A stretch of DNA of 64,000 nucleotides from an uncultured cyanobacterium. GTDB taxonomy: Bacteria; Cyanobacteriota; Cyanobacteriia; Cyanobacteriales; CAWUOF01. The position numbers and the translations under genes were made by a program. The stretch lies in the NCBI GenBank assembly GCA_963744145.1, contig CAVUSO010000001.1, forward strand, positions 96,001 to 160,000. The letters run 5' to 3'. Below, piece after piece: positions 41,520 through 48,789 of this stretch. Below the pieces are notes generated by a model, which did not search any database, had not been told where the DNA came from, and worked only from the letters and a program-made list of their open reading frames with translations. The stretch's first letter is position 1. Each line of letters opens with the position of its first letter.

Positions 41520-43052
41520 ATGTTTCAGCAAACTTTTAAAAATATTGATGATGTTCTCTGGAAAGAGGCGGGTTGTACTACAGAGTTAGATTACACGGAG
41601 CAAACCTCTTGGCTACTGTTTTTGAAGTATTTGGATGACTTAGAACAGGAGAGGGCGCAAGAAGCAGAGCTAGTCGGTAAACCATACCAATTTATTATTG
41701 ATGAGGCGCATCGTTGGTCGGTCTGGGCGGCTCCAAAAAAGGCTGATGGTACGGTAGATCATGATAATGCGCTGATTGGCGACGATTTGATTGATTATGT
41801 CAACCGTAAGCTATTTCCATATTTACAGGGGTTCAAGCAACGGGCTACTAGTCCAGACACGATCGAATATAAGATAGGCGAAATTTTTAGCGAAATTAAG
41901 AATAGGTTTCAAAGTGGCTACAGCTTGCGGGATGCACTGGAATATATTGATGAATTACGGTTTCGATCGCAACAGGAAAAACATGAGCTATCCCATCTCT
42001 ATGAAGCCAAAATCAAGAATATGGGCAATGCAGGGCGCAATGGTGGGGAATATTATACACCGCGTCCTTTGATTCGAGCGATGATTCAGGTAGTGAAACC
42101 GAAGATTGGCGATCGCATTTATGATGGAGCCTGCGGTTCAGCGGGGTTTCTTTGCGAGAGTTACGACTACTTACGTCAGGGTAATCTTACTACTAAACAA
42201 CTTGAGCAACTTCAAACCGATACTTTTACAGGTAAGGAGAAGAAAAGTCTCGCTTATGTGATTGCGATTATGAATATGATCTTGCATGGTATTGATGCAC
42301 CGAACATTATTCACACCAACACTCTGACGGAAAACCTTAGTGATATTCAGGATCAGAACCGCTTTGATGTAATCTTAGCAAATCCACCGTTTGGAGGAAA
42401 GGAACGTAAGGAAGTACAGCAGAATTTTCCGATTAAGACGGGGGAAACAGCGTTTCTGTTTTTGCAGCATTTTATTAAAATCCTGAAGCAGGGAGGTAGA
42501 GCAGCAGTGGTAATTAAAAATACCTTTTTGTCGAATTCGGATAATGCTTCGCGAGCTTTACGTCAAGAACTTTTGAGTAGTTGTAATCTGCATACAATTT
42601 TAGATTGTCCGAGTGGGACATTTATTGGAGCAGGAGTTAAAACCGTAGTGCTGTTTTTTGAGAAAGCTTCTCCCTTCGACTTCGCTCAGGGAGAGCCTTT
42701 TCAGGAAATGCCCTTATTTTCTCAAGAAAAAGCTTTAAATGAGGGGATGGCGACTCGGAAAATTTGGTATTATCAACTTGATCCAGGACGTAGTTTAGGG
42801 AAAACCAATTCTCTGAATGATGACGATCTGCGAGAGTTTGTAGAGTTACAGTCTACTTTTGCTGAAACAGAAAAATCTTGGCTGGTGGATATTGCTGATG
42901 TCGATCGGGAAACTTTTGATCTGTCGGTAAAGAATCCGAATAAGGGTGAGGAAACATCGTTAAGAGAACCACAGGAAATTTTAGATGAAATTGCGATTTT
43001 AGATGCAGAAAGTGCAGAAATTTTGGAAGCGATCGCGAGGATGTTATCATGA
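41520..43052 (+). CDS. hsdM: Type I R-M methyltransferase subunit
   Basis: GEYYTPR, DGACGSAGF, ANPPF; in-frame small repeat at 42669-42694 encoding SPFDFAQGE. Confidence 0.95.
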   Translation: MFQQTFKNIDDVLWKEAGCTTELDYTEQTSWLLFLKYLDDLEQERAQEAELVGKPYQFIIDEAHRWSVWAAPKKADGTVDHDNALIGDDLIDYVNRKLFPYLQGFKQRATSPDTIEYKIGEIFSEIKNRFQSGYSLRDALEYIDELRFRSQQEKHELSHLYEAKIKNMGNAGRNGGEYYTPRPLIRAMIQVVKPKIGDRIYDGACGSAGFLCESYDYLRQGNLTTKQLEQLQTDTFTGKEKKSLAYVIAIMNMILHGIDAPNIIHTNTLTENLSDIQDQNRFDVILANPPFGGKERKEVQQNFPIKTGETAFLFLQHFIKILKQGGRAAVVIKNTFLSNSDNASRALRQELLSSCNLHTILDCPSGTFIGAGVKTVVLFFEKASPFDFAQGEPFQEMPLFSQEKALNEGMATRKIWYYQLDPGRSLGKTNSLNDDDLREFVELQSTFAETEKSWLVDIADVDRETFDLSVKNPNKGEETSLREPQEILDEIAILDAESAEILEAIARMLS

Positions 43053-43132
43053 GTAGTGGAGAGATGCAGCTAATAGTAACTATCAGATTTTAGCTTGATT
43101 TTGTATGTCAAATTAATTTTATTAAGGTAGTT

Positions 43133-43351
43133 ATGACAAACATCAAAATAATCATAGAAAAGCACCCCGATGGTTACGTTGCCTATCCTTTAGTGCTTCA
43201 GGGGGTTATAGTTGGTGAGGGTGACACCTATGAAGAAGCTTTAGATGATGTGCGATCGGCTATTTTGTTTCATATTGAAACTTTTGGACGGTCGGCATTA
43301 GAATCTGCATCTTCAATCCTGGAAGCTTTTGTGGTAGAGATGAACCTGTAA
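43133..43351 (+). CDS. HicB-family antitoxin; HicA-like partner reduced to stub MEKFPV (43351-43392)
   Basis: IIEKHPDGYVAY..L.G..GEGDTYEEAL.DV.SAI.FH. Confidence 0.8.
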   Translation: MTNIKIIIEKHPDGYVAYPLVLQGVIVGEGDTYEEALDDVRSAILFHIETFGRSALESASSILEAFVVEMNL

Positions 43352-43620
43352 TGGAAAAATTTCCTGTTATTGCCGTTGATGAGAGAGTTTAAGGATTTGA
43401 GAGGAATTAATTCTCGCACCAATTTGATACCTATGACACACTACGCGATCGCTCCTACACTTAACTGAACCCTATTAATATATAAATCTCCAATTATTGA
43501 TTGGAGAAATTCGTTAGATATTAAAGTAGCTGGTTGAGCGGAGTCGAAACCAGCAGAACAGCCTCGATTAGCAAAGCATACTCTAGCAACCAAAGATAAT
43601 CAACTAACCAAAAACGACAG

Positions 43621-43690
43621 ACTGAGGACTGAACACTGAGGACTGAACACTGAGGACTGAACACTGAGGACTGAACACTGAGGACTGAAC
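43621..43690 (+). repeat. 14-bp tandem repeat ACTGAGGACTGAAC x5 (alternating heptamers)
   Basis: Direct reading. Confidence 0.9.
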
Positions 43691-44128
43691 ACTGAGGGCT
43701 GAGCGTAGTCGAAGCCCGGTATTTGTGCAACCAATAGTTGCAGAAATCAGTTTGATCGTATAAAGAGTTGGTTTCGACTCCGCTCAACCAACTTTGTCCC
43801 ATACTCAATTGAGCCTCAACTTACCAAACCGGAGAGACTGAGGGCTGAGCGTAGTCGAAGCCCGGTATTTGTGCAACCAATAGTTGCAGAAATTAGTTTG
43901 ATCGTATAAAGAGTTGGTTTCGACTCCGCTCAACCAACTTTGTCCCATACTCAATTGAGCCTCAACTTACCAAACCGGAGAGACTGAGGGCTGAGCGTAG
44001 TCGAAGCCCGGTATTTGTGCAACCAATAGTTGCAGAAATTAGTTTGATCGTATAAAGAGTTGGTTTCGACTCCGCTCAACCAACTTTGTCCCATACTCAA
44101 TTGAGCCTCAACTTACCAAACCGGAGAG
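43691..44128 (+). repeat. 146-bp tandem repeat x3, each with two oppositely oriented core hairpins (BIME-like)
   Basis: Units start 43691, 43837, 43983; contain GGGCT-GAGCGTAGTCGA-AGCCC and AGTTGGTT-TCGACTCCGCTC-AACCAACT. Confidence 0.92.
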
Positions 44129-44141
44129 ACTGATGGCTGAT

Positions 44142-44263
44142 GGCTGAGTTTACCCTGAGTTTACCCTGAGTGTTCCCTGAGTTTACCCTGAGTTTATCCT
44201 GAGCGCCCTTCGACTACGCTCAGGGACAAGTCGAAGGGCGTAGTCGAAGGGTAGTCGAAGCCC
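44142..44263. repeat. Multiply nested small dispersed repeat
   Basis: GGCTGAG (TTTACCCTGAG-like)x5 CG CCCTTCGACTACGCTCAGGGACA AGTCGAAGGG CGTAGTCGAAGGG TAGTCGAAGCCC. Confidence 0.85.
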
Positions 44264-44286
44264 AGTTTTTTGCAAGGAGTGATAAA

Positions 44287-44634
44287 ATGGCCTATATTTA
44301 TATACTTGAATGTGCAGATAGTTCTTTTTACACAGGAAGTACCATCGATTTGCCTCGTCGTTTATGGGAACATGAAAATGGTTTGGGTGCAAATCATATA
44401 AAGAAGCGATTACCTGTAAAATTAGTTTATGCAGAGTATTATGAGCGTGTGACAGATGCTTTTGAGCGGGAAAAACAGGTTCAGGGTTGGAGTCGGGCTA
44501 AGAAGATTGCTTTGATGAATAGTAATTGGGATCGGCTTCATATTTTGGCAGAGTGTCGGAATTATTCTCATTATAAAAATTCTGGTTTCGACTACGCTCA
44601 ACCAACCGAAAATTGCAGTAGTAATGAAAATTAA
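44287..44634 (+). CDS. Small GIY-YIG nuclease (UPF0213-like)
   Basis: YIYILEC..SFYTGST, RRLWEH, AFEREKQVQGWSRAKK; AAGGAG RBS; core repeat at 44583-44604 encodes GFDYAQP. Confidence 0.9.
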   Translation: MAYIYILECADSSFYTGSTIDLPRRLWEHENGLGANHIKKRLPVKLVYAEYYERVTDAFEREKQVQGWSRAKKIALMNSNWDRLHILAECRNYSHYKNSGFDYAQPTENCSSNEN

Positions 44635-44642
44635 GGAATGGT

Positions 44643-45845
44643 ATGTATTTTACAGTTGCTAATCGACAGTTACCAGTGGGATGGGAAATAAAAACACTTG
44701 GTCAGGTTATAAAGCTTGAATATGGTAAACATCTTCCTGATGAAGTTAGAGTTCAAGGAGGAAAATACCCTGTTTATGGAGCTAATGGAGTGAAGTGCTG
44801 GAGTGATAAATATTATTTTGATAGGCAAAGCATTATTGTTGGTAGAAAAGGTTCAGCCGGAGAAGTTAACATTACCGATGAAAAATTTTGGCCTCTTGAT
44901 GTTACCTACTTTGTTACTTATGATAATACACAATACGATTTAATTTTTCTTTACTATTGTTTAAAACATCTTCGTCTTGCAAAGCTAGCAAAGGGTGTAA
45001 AACCTGGTATCAATCGAAATGATGTTTATCAAATTCAATTTATATTTCCCCCACTTCCTGAACAAAAACAAATTGTAGCAATATTAGATGAGGCGTTTGA
45101 AGGGATTGATAGCGCGATCGCGATCGCCGAAAAGAACCTCGCCAACGCCCGCGAACTATTTGAAAGCTATCTAAATGTCATCTTTACTCAGAAAAACGAT
45201 TCTGGTGAGATATTTAAACTTGAAGATATATGCGATAAAACCCGAGTAATTACTTATGGTGTTATCAAGCTAGGTGAACATATTGATAATGGTGTACCAT
45301 GTTTACGGACAAGTAATGTTCGCTGGCTTGATATTGATCTCAATGGTATAAAGCGAATTTCACCTTCCTTATCGGCAGATTATAAACGAACCATTCTTAA
45401 AGGTGGAGAAGTGTTAGTTAATGTTCGAGGAACCCTTGGTGGAGTAGCAGTTACAACACCGCAGATGGCTGGTTGGAATATATCACGCGAAGTAGCCCTT
45501 GTACCTATAGATATAAAACGAGCTTATCCAACTTATTTAGCTTATTGGATTGGGGCAAAAACAAACCAACAATGGCTTAGTAGCGTTGAGAAGGGCGCTG
45601 CATACACTGGAATTAACATTGAAGACTTACGAACTCTACCAGTTGTAGTTCCCGATTTGAAAAAGCAAGAAAGACTTATTAACTCTATTAAGAAAGTTCA
45701 TTTCTTCTCCCAAAATCTTGAAAATATCTACCGCCAAAAAATCGCTACTCTCAAAGAACTCAAACAATCTATCCTCCAAAAAGCATTTACTGGCGAACTC
45801 ACCGCAGATACTGCTAAAAATGATTATAGTGCGATCGGAATTTAA
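44643..45845 (+). CDS. hsdS: Type I R-M specificity subunit (two TRDs)
   Basis: LPVGWEIKTLG, YPVYGANG, VGRKGSAG, central PPLPEQKQIVAILD, terminal ELKQSILQKAFTGEL. Confidence 0.93.
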   Translation: MYFTVANRQLPVGWEIKTLGQVIKLEYGKHLPDEVRVQGGKYPVYGANGVKCWSDKYYFDRQSIIVGRKGSAGEVNITDEKFWPLDVTYFVTYDNTQYDLIFLYYCLKHLRLAKLAKGVKPGINRNDVYQIQFIFPPLPEQKQIVAILDEAFEGIDSAIAIAEKNLANARELFESYLNVIFTQKNDSGEIFKLEDICDKTRVITYGVIKLGEHIDNGVPCLRTSNVRWLDIDLNGIKRISPSLSADYKRTILKGGEVLVNVRGTLGGVAVTTPQMAGWNISREVALVPIDIKRAYPTYLAYWIGAKTNQQWLSSVEKGAAYTGINIEDLRTLPVVVPDLKKQERLINSIKKVHFFSQNLENIYRQKIATLKELKQSILQKAFTGELTADTAKNDYSAIGI

Positions 45846-45862
45846 CAACAACATCACAATAT

Positions 45863-46186
45863 ATGAAAGCAATTGAAACCACAGGTACAATTAACAAGAG
45901 TGGACAACTCACACTTGATAAATCCTTGGAAGCGATCGAACCACAGCGTGTTCGTATTATTATTTTAATTGATGAAGATAATGAAACCGAAACTGACCCG
46001 GATGAAACACCTACAGAAGTGATTATTGAAGGTATTCGTAAAGGTTTGCGTGAAGCTTTATCCCGACAAACTATTCCCCTCTCGGAAATGTGGACGAATG
46101 CTAAGGAATTTGACGAAAAATTTGACGCAGGAGAAGATATCACTCAATTTCTTGATCTATCTAAAACCAGAACGTCCCTTATCTGA
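45863..46186 (+). CDS. Chimeric antitoxin-like protein (..TIPLSEMW fused to BrnA-like EFDEKFDAGEDI)
   Basis: Two recognisable antitoxin-like segments; no toxin adjacent. Confidence 0.5.
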   Translation: MKAIETTGTINKSGQLTLDKSLEAIEPQRVRIIILIDEDNETETDPDETPTEVIIEGIRKGLREALSRQTIPLSEMWTNAKEFDEKFDAGEDITQFLDLSKTRTSLI

Positions 46187-46219
46187 TCCTAAAAAGGACT
46201 CGATTCAAGAAAGCACTGG

Positions 46220-46307
46220 CTCTCGTACTCCTGGATTACTAACTGGACAAATTAGCGACACATTTTTTGACCCTCTACCAGAAGAAGAACTCAATCAATG
46301 GGAATAA
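46220..46307 (+). pseudogene. DUF2281/VapB-like antitoxin C-terminal fragment
   Basis: RTPGLLTGQISDTFFDPLPEEELNQWE. Confidence 0.55.
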
Positions 46308-46368
46308 GCTACATCTACCAACAGCGATCACATCTATGAAGTTAATATGGATAAATTAATGAAGCAGT

Positions 46369-47028
46369 ATGAGCAATGACCTGAATAACCCGAACAACCA
46401 GCTATTTTCTGAAATCTGTCAACTTATTTGTACCGCCAAGCAAAACGCTATCATGGCTATTAAAACAGAGATTAATTCTCTGCGTCCCCAAGATCAACAA
46501 TTACTACCTGATATATCTCTAAAAGACCCCTATATTTTAGATTTTTTAGGTTTGCGCGATCGCTACATAGAAAAAGACATCAAAGATGCCATCTTGCGAG
46601 AAATTGAGCAATTTTTATTAGAACTCGGTACAGGTTTTACCTTCATCGCCAGTAAAAAATGCTTACAAATCGATAACAACGATTTTTATATTGACCTACT
46701 ATTTTATAACCGTAAACTTAAACGTCTTGTGGCGATCGACCTAAAACTAGGTAACTTTGATCCAGAATATAAAAGTCAGATGGAACTTGCTCTACGCTGG
46801 TTAGTAAAATACGATAAAGAGAGTGACGAACAGCCACCTTTAGGAATCATTTTATGTGCAGGCAAAAAGCAAGAGCAGATTGAATTATTAGAACTAGACA
46901 AAAGTGGTATCCATGTAGCCGAATATCTTACAGTATTACCATCTAAAGAATTGCTAAATGCGAAACTACAAGAAGCGATCGCCACAGCCCATCGCCGACT
47001 GCCATATTCAGAAGACAAGTTACCATGA
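46369..47028 (+). CDS. YhcG/DUF1016 PD-(D/E)XK nuclease-domain protein, apparently internally deleted
   Basis: KDPYILDFLG, FLLELG.GF.F, DFYIDLLFY, AIDLKLG.F, PPLGIILC; N-terminal domain very short. Confidence 0.8.
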   Translation: MSNDLNNPNNQLFSEICQLICTAKQNAIMAIKTEINSLRPQDQQLLPDISLKDPYILDFLGLRDRYIEKDIKDAILREIEQFLLELGTGFTFIASKKCLQIDNNDFYIDLLFYNRKLKRLVAIDLKLGNFDPEYKSQMELALRWLVKYDKESDEQPPLGIILCAGKKQEQIELLELDKSGIHVAEYLTVLPSKELLNAKLQEAIATAHRRLPYSEDKLP

Positions 47029-47139
47029 ACGAAGCCCAAACTCGCGCCAAACTGATTGATTAATCACCACATAAGCATGATAATTGAATTTATGCTGATC
47101 AAGAATTACCAGACTGCCCATTGATGAGGCGAGCGCCCC

Positions 47140-48558
47140 ATGATTACTCTTGAAACCCTTGAAAAATGGTTGCTTGTACCCACAGAAACAGAAAAGCTAG
47201 AATTTAAAGAAGCAAAACAACAGTTTGATACGACCAAACTACTGAAATATTGTGTAGCACTAGCCAACGAAGGTGGTGGTTATATTGTTTTAGGCGTTAC
47301 CGATAAGCAACCTCGCCAAGTAGTAGGTTCATTAGCTTGGTCAACAGCAGAAGAATTAAACAAGATTAAGGCATATATAGTTGAGAAACTAAGATTTCGC
47401 GTAGAAGTGACAGAATTACAGCATCCCGATGGTCGAGTGCTAGTTTTTGAAGTGCCAACCCGTCCAGTAGGACAAGCATTGACCTTTGAGGGTGCATATC
47501 TGATGCGAGCAGGCGAAGACTTGATGCCAATGACACCAGATATGCTCAAACGGATTTTTGCTGAAGATCAGCAAGATTGGTTTTCCTTACCTGCCCAATC
47601 AGATGCAAGTCCGGACGATGTGATTGCCCTCCTAGATACTCAAACCTACTTTGAACTGCTAAAAATCCCCTATCCAACCAGCCAAAACGCCGTCCTAGAA
47701 AGATTGCAGAGCCAAGATTTAATCAAACAGACAGCACAAGGTTGGATAATCACTAACCTAGCTGCAATCCTTTTAGCAAAAAAGCTGGATGCCTTTTCTG
47801 CTACATTGGCTCGCAAAGCACCCCGTGTAGTCATCTATGAAGGTATTAATAAGCTGCAAACCCGCGACGATAAAATACACAACCGAGGATATGCAATTGG
47901 CTTTAAATGGTTAGTAGATTTTGTCCATTCATCAGCACCACAAAATCGCTTTATTGAAGAAGTCATGCGCGAGGAAGTGAAGATGTTTCCAGAACAAGCA
48001 CTACGGGAACTAATTGCTAATGCCCTAGTGCATCAAGACTTTCTAGCTACGGGTGCTTCAGTAATGATTGAGATGTATAGCGATCGCATCGAGATATCTA
48101 ATCCTGGCATTCCACCCATTCAGGTCGATCGCTTCATTGACGAATATCGTTCACGTAATGAGCAACTCGCGGACATAATGCGACGTTTCGGTATTTGTGA
48201 AGAAAAAGGTAGTGGCATTGACAAAGTTGTGAGTGCCGCAGAAGTATTTCAACTACCAGCACCAGATTTTCGAGTGGGCGAGACACGCACTACAGCACTG
48301 CTATTTGCTCATCAGGATTTTGCCGACATGAGTAAAACCGATCGGATTCGAGCCTGCTATCAGCATTGTTGCCTGTTGTATGTCAGTAATCAACGAATGT
48401 CTAACCAGACCCTACGAGAGCGATTTCGTTTAAGTGAGTCAAATGCAGGAACGGCTTCCCATATTATAAAAGCTACCAAAGAAGCTGGCTTGATCCAGAC
48501 AGACGAGTCCGAATCAAACTCTACCCGCTATGCCCGCTATCTCCCTTTTTGGGCATAA
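47140..48558 (+). CDS. AlbA_2 (Schlafen-like) DNA-binding + HATPase_c_4 domain protein
   Basis: ETEKLEFKEA, ALANEGGGYIVLGV.D, ALRELIANALVHQD, DRIEISNPG, SRN..LA, EEKGSGI. Confidence 0.88.
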   Translation: MITLETLEKWLLVPTETEKLEFKEAKQQFDTTKLLKYCVALANEGGGYIVLGVTDKQPRQVVGSLAWSTAEELNKIKAYIVEKLRFRVEVTELQHPDGRVLVFEVPTRPVGQALTFEGAYLMRAGEDLMPMTPDMLKRIFAEDQQDWFSLPAQSDASPDDVIALLDTQTYFELLKIPYPTSQNAVLERLQSQDLIKQTAQGWIITNLAAILLAKKLDAFSATLARKAPRVVIYEGINKLQTRDDKIHNRGYAIGFKWLVDFVHSSAPQNRFIEEVMREEVKMFPEQALRELIANALVHQDFLATGASVMIEMYSDRIEISNPGIPPIQVDRFIDEYRSRNEQLADIMRRFGICEEKGSGIDKVVSAAEVFQLPAPDFRVGETRTTALLFAHQDFADMSKTDRIRACYQHCCLLYVSNQRMSNQTLRERFRLSESNAGTASHIIKATKEAGLIQTDESESNSTRYARYLPFWA

Positions 48559-48780
48559 AAGTGCTTTAACGCAAACCGAGATGAGTAACTCTCATAGCCT
48601 GAAACCCTTTCAGAATCATCAAAAAAGTGCTTTAACGCAAACCGAGATGAGTAACTCTCATAGCCTGAAACCCTTTCAGAATCATCAAAAAAGTGCTTTA
48701 ACGCAAACCGAGATGAGTAACTCTCATAGCCTGAAACCCTTTCAGAATCATCAAAAAAGTGCTTTAACGCAAACCGAGAT
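48557..48780 (+). repeat. 66-bp perfect tandem repeat x3.4
   Basis: Units start 48557, 48623, 48689, 48755; internal hairpins ATGAG-TAACT-CTCAT and CTGAAA-CCC-TTTCAG. Confidence 0.92.
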
Positions 48781-48789
48781 CAGCGAAAT

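Noticed and set aside
43691-44128. CRISPR array
   Set aside because: Intervening sequences are identical between units, hairpins alternate in orientation, and no cas genes are present; it is a tandem repeat.
43521-44392. Minus-strand ORFs 43521-43808 and 44183-44392
   Set aside because: Translations of repeat DNA or antisense to the GIY-YIG gene; no protein-like signal.
48557-48780. CRISPR array or the 87-aa ORF 48530-48793
   Set aside because: The 66-bp units are fully identical (no unique spacers); the ORF is just the repeat read in a stop-free frame.
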